Shown here: piece after piece, positions 36,390-48,097 of the stretch
Numbering within the stretch: position 1 is the first letter of the stretch
How the letters are laid out: every line of letters begins with the position of its first letter
Source: Welwitschia mirabilis
Taxonomy: Eukaryota
Reading direction: 5' to 3'
Assembly: GCA_051453625.1 (NCBI GenBank)
Contig: JBOZIK010000001.1
Span: 36,082,080 to 36,131,835, forward strand
DNA: 49,756 nt
Program-made: the position numbers and the translations under genes
Notes under the pieces: generated by a model
The model's database searches: none
What the model saw: only the letters and a program-made list of their open reading frames with translations
What the model was told of the DNA's origin: nothing

Positions 36390-36559
36390 ATGATGCCAAA
36401 AGGGGGAGTAATAATATCTAATATATGATAGATTTATCATTTAAATTTTTATCAAATAGGAATATCAAACTTAGGGGGAGCTACTATACATCTCAGGGGG
36501 AAGTTATTTTGAAAAGGCCCTTCAGACATTGGATTTATCATCATTGAAAAGGAGGAAAT
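36390..36559 (+). promoter_or_regulatory. Sirevirus multiple polypurine tract signature
   Basis: gatgccaaaagggggag, cttagggggagc, ctcagggggaag and tcatcattgaaaaggaggaaat immediately before an LTR. Repeated at 41225-41398. Confidence 0.85.
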
Positions 36560-37421
36560 TATAAGTAGAAGGTTTCAATGATGCTAATAGTCATAAGAAT
36601 CAAGTGATAAGATGACAATATCTCATCTCAGTTGAGTTAAGAAGCTATCTTTTGCATGTGGATGTCCCCACTTAAAACTAGGTAGACATTCTCTCTTCTT
36701 ATGGTAAAAATGTATCCATGATAGGTATCAGGCTTAGACTTCCCCACTCAAATAGGATATATGTCTCCTCTCCTTGTGGTAAATATGACTGTTAGTTCTC
36801 AGGTTGAACATCCCCACTCCAAATAACCCAGACATCCCCCTTGCATTTAGTTATTCCCTTAGTCTTCACCTATGGTAGGTATGAATCTCTACTTCTTTCT
36901 AGGGTGGCATTCCCATACTTTCAGTAGTGTGCATGTCTACACTACTTTGAGGATAGACGTCCATCTCCTAGGAGTGAGAATGTCCCAATCTTTTAAGGCA
37001 GATATCCCCTCTTTCAACCGCCAGAAAAATGGTCATCTACAGGTGAACATGTGGTGGTTTTCAATAGCTATTTTCTTCTAGCGCACTATTCAATTGTGTT
37101 GAAAATACAAATTTATTTGAAATCTCAGTTTACCATGTTTTGCAATTATCATTATAGGTTTTCTTTTAATAGCTATTTTTCCCTTCTCTTTAAAAGGGTT
37201 AAAATCTACTTTGTTTAGGATTACACACATATACGATTCTGTGAATTGAACTCAAAATTGATCTTTGATGATCTTTGTAATTTGTGATCCTACCTTGTGT
37301 GATCATTTTAATTAGCTCTTACACTATTTCATCCATGCTTGAGGTATAATCTGATTTTCTATCTCTTTCCTATGATTGAGTCTTAGCCTTCAAAAGACTC
37401 CAAGTGTAAAAGGTTGATGAT
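36560..37421 (+). repeat. Internal SIRE LTR, 3'-interrupted
   Basis: Starts tataagtagaagg after the PPT, is colinear with 30143-31001, and homology stops after gttgatgat. Confidence 0.88.
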
Positions 37422-37898
37422 TATCATGTTCCAAATTTCATACAATCAAGATTTAAGTACAAAATATTTTGATAAATAAGTTAAAAGAGAATAAGAAATT
37501 TCATAAGGAAAATATTTTATGTTATTAGTTAATAGTCCCATAATTATTATTTTATGCTTTGGCTTATTCATTTAATTACTCATTTTGGAAAATGTCAATG
37601 AGTTGTGGATTTGAATTTGAAATTATTTTGAATAAAGATGCTTAATGTATAGAGTTATTATTTTTAAATATTACCAAAATTACTATCATATCTATGGAAT
37701 ATTTTTGTTGTTGCTAACGTCTCGTAATTTGTTAATTATGATAAGCATAAGTATTATTTATTATACCTAGTGGCCTGGCAAGCTAATGGAATCTCCACCA
37801 TATAACCACCCCCATTTACGACGTTTTGTCTTTATATGCCTATGACTCTTCACATTTCAACAAATCTTAATATAAATAGGACCCTCCTCCTCCTTCTC
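37422..37898 (+). mobile_element. Probable 5' part of an unrelated LTR (chromovirus/Tekay-like) inserted into the SIRE LTR
   Basis: Begins tatcatgttccaaattt (readable as decayed TGTCACGxCCCAAATTT), has TATAAATAGG at ~37871 followed by a CT-rich tract, and runs into a gap. Confidence 0.45.
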
Positions 37899-37998
37899 NN
37901 NNNNNNNNNNNNNNNNNNNNNNNNNNNNNNNNNNNNNNNNNNNNNNNNNNNNNNNNNNNNNNNNNNNNNNNNNNNNNNNNNNNNNNNNNNNNNNNNNN

Positions 37999-38397
37999 TG
38001 GGAATTATCTTGTTACTTGAAGTTCTAATAAATAAACCTTGATATTCCTCTTCACAGCTAAAGTTGAGTACATATCTACTAGAGCCTACTGCACTCAATT
38101 GTTATGGATGATGCATACCTTATGCGATTATGGAATTGATATGACAAGTAGTCAACTCTTATGTGATAATACTAGTATCATTAACATTACTAATAACCTT
38201 ATGCAATAATTAAGAACTAAGCGTATTGATATCAGATATCACTTTATTAGAGAACATGTTCAAAGAGGCATAATCAAGCTTGATCATGTATCTATAGATA
38301 AATAGCTTGCTGGCTTGTTTACCAAGCCTCTTTCAAAAGCTAGATTTAATCTTTTAAGAGTTAAGTTGGTCATAAGAACATGCCAAACCAAGGTAAG
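37999..38397 (+). pseudogene. Second SIRE RNase H fragment
   Basis: Matches 34216-34615 (GNYLVT.., LCDNTSIINI, RTKRIDIRYHFIREHVQRG). Confidence 0.88.
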
Positions 38398-38883
38398 ATT
38401 TTTCTTTACTATTAATACTAAAATTTATACATATTAATCACAAGTTTTAAGCATATTAAGAGCATCATTTTCCCCTTTCTAGTGTTTTTTTTGTTTTGCT
38501 TTTATTTTGATTTAAGTATATCATTCTTTTCTTGTTGTTAAACCTCCTTTATACTCTAAGGATTCAGTTATCTACTTCCTTAGAAGGCAAGACGTCCATC
38601 CACTTGAGAGTGGGTTTGCAAGCCAAGTGAATGCCAAATGTTCACCCTTAAAAGGCCAGATGTTCATGCATCTATGTGGATGTGAATCCACATTTTAACT
38701 CAGTAAAAGCCTCCTCACTCATCTACCTCTATATAATCAATAATCCCCACATTTCTTTTATCTTATCTTTTTATTTTCCAATGCTTTAAACTCCAGAAAT
38801 AAGTGTTCCTCTCTTAGTTTATTTTCTTGTTCTTTTCTCTTTTTGATAGCTTGTATCTTTTTCTCTTCTTCTTCATTTCCATT

Positions 38884-39864
38884 ATGCCAAGGTAGAAGAT
38901 TCTATTTTCAAGAACGTATAGAGGAAAAAAAGGAGAGCTAGTTTTTGTAACTCCTAGGACAAAGGCAATGTAGACTCAAAGTTTCAACAAGAAGCCTCTT
39001 ACTCTAGAGAAGGTTACTTTGCATGACTCTTTCAGGCATTATTTCAATATTTTGCCTAGGTTAGAAGAGTTAGGTTAGACATACATTATAAATGCTCATA
39101 GTCGTGCTTTAAAAAATTTAGTTTGCATGATTTATTATAATGATTCTTATCAATGTAAGCAAATTTGGTTTGTACAAATTTATATGGTATTGATATTGAG
39201 ATTAATACTAAAATGATTTCCGATGATAGTGGGTTTCCACTAGACTGTGTAGAATATGTACACATTACTTCAGTTTCAGTTTTAGATAATTTAGTTTCCA
39301 AAAATGAACTTAATAAATTTTATATAAAAGGTAAAAGAAATAAAGAACTATCATTTCCACTTGTATTTAAGGCCAACATACTCTTTCATATCCTCTTTAA
39401 CAATCTCATTCCATAGCTTGACCACATGGATGAATTGTCTCCTCTGTGTGCATATGTCATGTATTGTTATGCTCAAATTATTTAACTTAACTCACCTCAG
39501 TTGATCTTGAAAAATAGGACTTCTTATACATTGATGAGTTCATCAGCATTACCATATGGAGGTTTCATCACTCGTATGTATCATAACTAGGCAGCTCTAC
39601 TGAAAGTCAAAGATAAAATTCTAAAACTTCCAAAGCCATTTGATGAGTCTTCTCTTATCTGGATGAAAATTATAAAAGGAACCATTCCTATAGCTCTACC
39701 TTCTTCTCCTGCTAAGAGATTCAAGCACATGTAACCTAGTGAGTCTTCTAGGGGTACCTCAACAACCAATAAGTGGCTTAAATGAATTTCATCTCAACTA
39801 TCTAAGATAAAGAAGGCTCTTGTTGATTTTGGATTAGAGGTGGCATCCACCTCTTGTAGTAGTA
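38884..39864 (+). pseudogene. SIRE extra ORF copy 2
   Basis: ATG at 38884, colinear with copy 1 (ORF 39165-39416; ALPYGGFITR), runs into a gap. Confidence 0.82.
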
Positions 39865-39964
39865 NNNNNNNNNNNNNNNNNNNNNNNNNNNNNNNNNNNN
39901 NNNNNNNNNNNNNNNNNNNNNNNNNNNNNNNNNNNNNNNNNNNNNNNNNNNNNNNNNNNNNNNN

Positions 39965-40986
39965 AAGTAGAGGATTCTACTTTCACGAAAGTACAGAGGC
40001 AAAGATAAGGAATGAGAGCTAGTTTTTGTGACTCCTAGGGCAAAGGCTATGTGGACTTAAAGTTTTAATAAAAAGCCTTTTACTCTAGAGAGGGTTATTC
40101 AACATGATAATTTCAAGAATTATTTCAATATTTTGCTTAGGGTAGAAGAGTTAGATTGAACATATACTCTCAACACTCATGTTTATGCTGTCATAAATTT
40201 AGTTTGCATGTTTTACTATAGTGGTTCTTATCAGTGTGAGCAGAATCAATTTGTATTAAATTTGTATGGTATTGATATTGATATTAAACTTAAAATAATT
40301 TCTAATGCTACTAGGTTTTCACTAGACTGTGTAGAATATGTGCGTATTACTTTAGTTTTAGTATTAGATAGTCTAGTTTTAAGAGATAAACTCAACGAGG
40401 TTTTTTATGAAAGACAAGAGGCATGGAGAACAACCATTTCCACTCACATTTTAAATTTAATATACAAGGTACCTTTTCATATTATTTCTAGCAATCTTAT
40501 TCCAAAGCTCAACCACATGGATGAAGTATCCCCTCTGAGTGTGTATGTCATGTATTATTATGCTCAAAGTATCCAACTCAACTTACTTTAATTGATTTTA
40601 TAAAAATAATTGGCTAAACATCAATGAGTCAAGCAGCATTACCATATGGCAGTCTCATTACTAAAACATGTTATGGCTAGGCAACTCTATCAAAACTAAA
40701 AGATGAAATTTTGAAACTGCCAAAGCCATTTGATAAGTCCTAACTTATCCAAATGAAAATTTTATAAGGCCCCACTCTTGTAGCTCTACCTTCTTCTCCT
40801 ACCAAATGGTTCAAGTGCATGTGGCATGGTGAGTCTTCAAGGGGTACCTCATCAACTAAAAAATGGCTTAAATGGATTTATTCTCAGCCATATAAGATAA
40901 AAAAGGCACTCATTGATTTTGGATTGGAGGTGGCATCCACCTCTTATAGGAGCAGTAGCAGTGATCACATGATGAAATCCAACTAA
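39965..40986 (+). pseudogene. SIRE extra ORF copy 3
   Basis: Starts at about codon 2 after the gap, includes ORF 40208-40591 and ALPYGSLITK, stop 40984-40986. Confidence 0.82.
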
Positions 40987-41398
40987 ATATGTCTTCAAAC
41001 TCTTTTCCTCATTTCTTCTTCTAGTCTTATCTCTCCTGTACCTTTTTGTTCTCTATTATGCTTATGTATGTATTAGTCTGTTTGCTCTCACTCTTATGTA
41101 CATCAAACTATGATGAATATGTAAACCATCTTTTGATTAATAGTTAATATAGTACCATTATTTTTGTTCACATTCTTTTCACAAGTATTGTGTCATATTT
41201 TTTTATTTTTTTTTATAATTAACGATACCAAAGGGGGATTAATTCTTGTAAATCTATATCACATATTATAGCTTTATCATTTCAATTTCATCACACAGGG
41301 ATGTCAAAGTCAAGGGGAGCTAGTCTACATCTTAAGGGGAGGTTATCTTGAAGAGTCCCTTTAAACATTGGATTTATCATCATTAAAAAAGGTGACAT

Positions 41399-42518
41399 TA
41401 TAAGTATAAGGTTTTAATAATGCTAAAAATCATAAGAATCAAGTAATAAAATGCAATTACTAGTTACAATTATGTTAAGAAGCTAACTTTTGCATGTGGA
41501 TGTCCCCACTCAAAACAAGGTGTATGTCCTCTCTTATTTCTGAAAAAATACATTTGTAGATCTCAGGCCCAGATGTCCCCACTCAAATAGGGTGGAAGTT
41601 CCCTCTTCTTGTGGGAAACATGACTGTCAGTTCTCAGATGCAGATGTTCCCATTTCAAATAGCTAAATGTTCCCCCTCTATTCAGTTTTTTTCTTAGTTT
41701 GCACTTGTGGTAGGTGTGAACATCTGCTTCTTTCTAGGACAAACATCCCAACACTCCCAGTAGTATGAAAATCTTCCCCTTAAAAGTGAGAACATTTCCA
41801 ATTATTAAGGCAGACATCCTCTCTTTGAAAATTTTAAAAAATGATTGGCTACAGGAAAATGCATGACAATTTTCAATGGCTATTTTCTTCTAGTGTACCT
41901 CTCAATTATGTTGGAAATATAAATTTATTTGAAATATCAAATTATCATGCCTTGGAATCATCATTTAGGGTTTACCTTTAATAGCTATTTTTCCCTTCTC
42001 TTTAAAAGGGCTAAAATCTTTTTTATTGGGGTTACACATATATACAATTTTGTGAAGTAAACTCAAACTAATCTTTGGCGATCTCTCTATAATTTGTGAT
42101 CCTACCTTATGTGATTCTTTTATTTAGATCTTACACTATTTCATATGTGCTTGAGGTACAATTCAATTTTCTCTCTTTTTCTTATGATTGAGTCTAAACC
42201 TTTGAAAAACTCCAAGTGTGAAAGATTGATGATAAGCCTAGAAAATAATCACTATTGTATAAGGGGTTGATAATCAGCCAAAAAATCATTAGTTTAAGAA
42301 TGATAAGGAAACTGGGGAAGATGACATCATTGTCTCTTCTTAAAGAGTGGAGTAGGCACATTATTGAACCACTATAAATCTTATGGGATGATTATTTTTT
42401 CTATTTTATAATTTTTTTCAAATATATTTTTCATTTGAAAAGCTGATTAATTTCATTAAATAATAGGTTTTTTATTTAATTTTTATTACTATTCTTATTT
42501 AACCCCCTAGGAATTTCA
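41399..42518 (+). repeat. SIRE 3' LTR (1120 bp)
   Basis: Follows the multi-PPT region, ends GAATTTCA and is followed by the TSD CCTTT. Confidence 0.93.
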
Positions 42519-43048
42519 CCTTTTAAATGATTTAAAAAGCATTAAAAATTTTCTCATTTTGTATCATAAATATTATAACTTTTTATTTAAGGAGGAGAAA
42601 AAGATAATATCAAAGATACAAATACAAAGATAATCAAGAAGTAATATAGAAATGTTCCATCATTACATCAAGGTTCATTCTAATCAAGAACTACATGAGA
42701 GGAAGGGTCACTAGAAGAAGGATCAAGAGGATTAGGAAGAATATCCTCTTATTCATCATCAAGGAGTAGATAATCCAAAGTGATTGATCAACTATAGTAA
42801 TAATTAAGAAAAGTAACAATACATTTTAAAGAATTTGCTAAATATTTCTTCAACACTTAACGTTGATGATATAATGTGCATAAATCTTTCTTGATAATAA
42901 TAAGCCTTTTAAAAGAACGATTTAACACCCATTCTAAATAACTAATGTGGAAAGTTTCATCCCATTCTATGCTTGTTTATTATGGAGAGACTAATTTTCT
43001 AAATAGAGAGACTGATTTTCTAACTAAATAGAATCTAGCTTAGCCTAC

Positions 43049-44154
43049 TGTTACAATGCGTATTTGTGTAAATAATTACACTTAATAAGATCCTATTATT
43101 TACAAATAGATATAGATATTTTGCATAACATAACACACTAATATAAATGGGAGTGAACCCAAATGTTATAATCCATTGGAGGCCTAGGCTAGAAGAAAGA
43201 AATTGATCTTAAAAAGAAAGACTTACATATTCTAGCAATAGAAATAAACTACAATGTAGAAAATCATAATGAAATGCACTTATGCAAAGTTAATCTAGGA
43301 AAGAAAAGGAACAACACACTTAAACCAATAATGCTTGATCTTGACAAAGGTTACCTTCATAACCTATATCACTAAAGAAACTATCACAAAATTAGAAGTA
43401 ACATAAACTATGAGAAATAAGTAATAATAATCCTAGGAAATGAAAAAGAGTTCTTTGTATTAATCTCGAACCACATCCATGTTACAAAGTAGTCATACCT
43501 CAATGAAGGAAGCACAACCCAATGCCAAGGAAGATGTTTCTTTGTAACTACCAAGGATAGATCTCTGGCCCTTTAGTCTCCTATCATAAAAATTTCTAAT
43601 ATAAGTGAAGGCCAGATAGAGTCGAAGGTGAAATCGATACTTATTGACAAACAAACTCATAAATAATAAGATAGACAAACAGTCACAGGTACAACCCTAA
43701 TATCCACATAATAAATACAAAGATAAATGGCAAAATTTAGGTGAATGTTTAGTTAAGTGTTATAATAGATGTCGTCGTGCTAGTTGTCTAGATAATACAA
43801 AGGATAATGCCACCTCATAAATATTTCATGTCATCTACCAAATTGATTATGATCATTATCTTCATTGGCTTAATTATTCCATCATCCATACAGTCGTTTA
43901 AATGATGGAGGGGATGATAGTTTTTTAACAAGTTTTCATGTAATGCATTAGCCTCAATATTTGTAAGAAGTTTGCTTTAAAATAGAAAATATTGTGAACT
44001 ACTCTAAATGCTACAAAATATCATGGGGATTGCATGCTTTTGTATCTTTAATCTCATCTCTCCATTATCATGGAAATCTAGCGAAAACCTATCTAATATC
44101 TTTCAAAACTACTCAAAATACCTTGTTAAACACATGCAAGTTGGCAGTGCAACA
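43049..44154 (-). repeat. 3' LTR of the minus-strand Athila-like element
   Basis: The reverse complement starts TGTTGCACTG after the PPT AAGTGAGGGATTA (44155-44167) and ends CATTGTAACA. Confidence 0.9.
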
Positions 44155-44699
44155 TAATCCCTCACTTAGCCCTATTAGTCCTTAATAAAACCAGGCAATA
44201 AACTATGATTGTGAACCAACTTATTCAACAATAAAAAAAATAACTAAGGTACTAAAAAAATTATCTCAAAAATATTTCAAAAATATCATAGATACAGACT
44301 GAATTATGAAAAATCAGAAAACTAAATGTTTTACCTAATTGAATAACTAGCCATACCATCATCTAGATCATCATTTGGATAATAAGGGGATGATAGATTC
44401 AAAACTGGTTCTTTAAAGATAGAAATCTATGACAAAATTTTTCAAATAGATATCAGTAAATATGCATTCATAATTAAAATCCCTCCACTAAAATGTATAG
44501 TAAATGAGTAAAAAGATCATCCACATATAATCAATACTCATCATAACATGTGAAAAGAAAGATAAGCATGAAAATTAGATAGAATACATCGTGTTGAAAA
44601 CTTAAAATAATGATGAATATATATATGATCATGAGTTCTAGTACAAAAAAACATAGAAGGGGATATACAAAAAATATAACAAAATCACTTCCCTTAATG

Positions 44700-45950
44700 T
44701 TACATAATAGACTCTATCTGTGTAGCTGGCTTAGGTGCAGAGGGAGAAGATGAAGGATGCTTAAGATTAGCAAGGAAAGGAAGGTCCAAACATTTGGAAA
44801 TAGAATGAACTATCTCACCTCCTTAGACACAAACAGCCTTTAAAATGTCAACCATAACACTCTGCCATATGGATGCAATGCATTGGTGCATATCAACTAT
44901 TTGATCCTCAAAGTGCTAGACTCTCCTCTGAACTATCAGGATCCTTTACTCTAATGTCTAAGTTCTTTGATCTAGATCCTAGATCCTCTGATCTAAAGTT
45001 TGAATACCATGATTGATGAAACCTTTGATGATCTTGGTGGTTTCTGTTAGGAGGGCCTGGATCTGCTCGAGTATAATACCAACTGTAGGTCTCTATACCT
45101 GTAGTTGCTTTGCTTCTCCTAGTACCTAAATACTCATATCCTAAATATAGTAAGTAGAAGTTTGAATATGAGAAAGGCACTGCTCATCCATGGGCTCTGG
45201 TATCCCAAATCATCTAAATAAAGCTGACAAGAGGTATGGATAACTCAGAGTCTATAACTGTCATGCATCTATCATCGACTTCAGTCTTCTTCAAATGAAT
45301 GTTGGTAGATCCATCTGCTCTCCCTACCTAAAAGATATCAAAATCTATAAGAATGACCATCACATGGCTATTATGGAATGATGGGATAATGCTGTGAATC
45401 AACCCTATATTCAATTCTCTATATGCGAAGGTCAACTAAACAATAAGGATGTCATGCCTATTCAGCGTGAAGTTTGCTGGGATGTTAAGTGCTATGTCAT
45501 ATGTGTGATAGTCCTTTATATCTCTAGCTGAATAAATATGTAGACTCCCAAGGCCATTTAGATCTATGACTACTGCAATGTAGGATGGAAGTATGGCAAT
45601 CTCATGATCCCGAATTTAAGCTACGATCATATCAATCAAGTGATCACAAGAGTCTGGATAGTGGTTAATGTACATCCAGTAGAGCTATAAGTCTATGTGT
45701 CTCTAATCACCTTGAGCTCTAACTAGCTTATAAAGTCTCCAAAATGTTACTCGAAATGAATAGTAGCAGTCTAGATTGCCAATGAACATCCATGTTGAAG
45801 TAGAGGATGTATAGGCTTCACATGCACAACTTCTCATAGTACTAAAGGACCCAGCTCTTGCTTTATAACTTCAGTCTTAGCCTTATCCTATCTAGATCTA
45901 TGTGTATAAGTCCTTCTCAATTAAAAATAAACAAAAAACGTCATGCAAGA
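44700..45950 (-). pseudogene. Athila env-like extra ORF remnant (copy 3)
   Basis: TLSYPYLLSALFR*FGIPEPMDE (~45185-45250), then heptads QTLDQRI*DLDQRT*TLE*RILIVQRRV*HFEDQI and a Pro/Ser-rich tail. The start is approximate. Confidence 0.72.
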
Positions 45951-48097
45951 TCGAATAGACATGTTAAATATGTTGCATGGATGCCCAATAATGACCCCAA
46001 AATTGATAAAAAAATGTAAAAAATGATGAAAATACATCCTACTCCCCCTAAAAGTTTTAATAAATCTTATATTACCTATTCATAGGAAGAAAATTGCGAA
46101 ACGCACAAAAATGANNNNNNNNNNNNNNNNNNNNNNNNNNNNNNNNNNNNNNNNNNNNNNNNNNNNNNNNNNNNNNNNNNNNNNNNNNNNNNNNNNNNNN
46201 NNNNNNNNNNNNNNNNNNNNNNNNNNNNNNNNNNNNNNNNNNNNNNNNNNNNNNNNNNNNNNNNNNNNNNNNNNNNNNNNNNNNNNNNNNNNNNNNNNNN
46301 NNNNNNNNNNNNNNNNNNNNNNNNNNNNNNNNNNNNNNNNNNNNNNNNNNNNNNNNNNNNNNNNNNNNNNNNNNNNNNNNNNNNNNNNNNNNNNNNNNNN
46401 NNNNNNNNNNNNNNNNNNNNNNNNNNNNNNNNNNNNNNNNNNNNNNNNNNNNNNNNNNNNNNNNNNTTTGAAAAATTTGCAAAAAACTTGGGAATCTAGA
46501 AGTGAAATCAACCAGGATAAAATCCAAGGTGCTGATAAGATTTAGAGGAGTCATCATCTCTTAGAGGAATGGGAAAAAATGATAAGAAAATGAAGAAAAA
46601 TAAGGAAAAAGTGTTTATATTATTGTTTTATCACACTATCATCCATTCGAATTGTCCGAATGACAGGCCTAGGATGATCCTCGGAAAAAATCAGACTATC
46701 ATCTGCCTAGTATCATCTAGACAACTAGGTGGACAATGGAATTTTGAAGATTTTTTCAAATATAAAGATGTCAAATAAGAAATTTAGGCTCAGATATAAT
46801 CATGAAAGTATCAAATTATATCATAAAGCTTAAAAAAAATAGGAAATAAGAAAGAAAATCATGAAAATTAAGATAAAGTGGAAAAAACTTAAAATAATTA
46901 AAAACTATAACTAAGAAAAGAAACTAAGTGGGCTAAAACCTAACAATAAAAAATGAACGAATGTGCCCAAATTAAAAAGTAAAACAAGAAAAAGCATAGA
47001 ACTTCAAAAAATACAATGAATCTCATTATGAAACATAAAAGATGTTCTAATTAATTCAAATGCTAAATGAAAATAATATTACATGAATGAATAACAAGAA
47101 AACTACTAAATGATAAGGTCCTATGTAAATATGAGAAAACGAAAAAATGACTTTGAAATAACAAACTGGAAAACTAAGGAAAAGGTAGAATAGAAACATA
47201 CACAAGGAATAAGGAGAAGATTGCTTATCTATCCTAAATTCTAACCTAGCAAACCCCCTAGGAAGATATCATAAAGTCACTTGAGTAAAAATGCATAATA
47301 AAATGTATAAAATCCATAAAGCTTCACTCAAAAAGGTATTGATTATGGTGATACCAAAACTTAAGTGCTTAAAACAATGAATGATAAGATCAAAAACTAT
47401 TCAAAAATGACTCACTTGCTCACACCTCACAAACACACATGAATCCTCAAAAGTAAAATGATCATGTGGGAATACTAAAAATCTAAGAAATAAGTAATGC
47501 CTCTGATGACACCACTAATTCCATAGCCTCAAAGTTAATTACAACTTTTCTATGATTAGGGGAATGCAACCATAGTCAAATAAGTAAAGACTCATAAAGC
47601 ATGACTATCTAACCCTCCAGTGGAGTCCTCATAGCTACCAATACTACTAAAGCTTCCTCTTAGAAAAATTTACCCCTGTGCAGTAGGACATTATGATGAC
47701 TATGTATTTTTATTTGAAGCATAAAATATAATAGAGCATGATCATTATTTATTTTTTCTTTTCTTTTTTTAAATTTTTTAAAAGAAAAATTCCCACAGGA
47801 TCATACACTGAAAAAGACAAAGATGAATAAGTGAGATGAAAGACATAAAAGAACACTCCTAAATAACTAAAGACCTCATACCATTGAAAAACGCATAAGA
47901 ACTAAGGCATCTTCCTTTAAAGTGAAGTCCATAGATATCAGAATGTCTTAAGATTGAGTGAATCTAATGTTACCACTATAAAATGTCCAAGTATGAATAC
48001 TAGTCATGAAAAACTTCATAAATAAACACATAAGTTAAGTTTAAAAGATAATCAAGTGATATCATAACATCCATTAAAGAAATAAGCTAAAAAAAAT

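Larger units (their letters stand above)
30143..42518 (+). mobile_element. Sirevirus (SIRE lineage Ty1/Copia) composite locus bounded by a CCTTT target-site duplication
   Basis: TG at 30143 and CA at 42518, with CCTTT at 30138-30142 and 42519-42523. Copia domain order, an extra ORF after pol and multiple PPTs. Confidence 0.92.
317..46466. other. Eight assembly gaps: 317-416, 13446-13545, 13952-14120, 18600-19220, 26261-26392, 37899-37998, 39865-39964, 46115-46466
   Basis: Runs of N. Four are exactly 100 bp, which usually denotes a gap of unknown size. Confidence 0.98.

Noticed and set aside
42985-43026. Two-unit 21-bp tandem repeat gagagactaattttctaaata
   Set aside because: Ordinary slippage duplication with only two copies.
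13914-46557. Long ORFs containing X runs (e.g. 18524-19267, 18572-19276, 46072-46557)
   Set aside because: They are open only because they cross N gaps.
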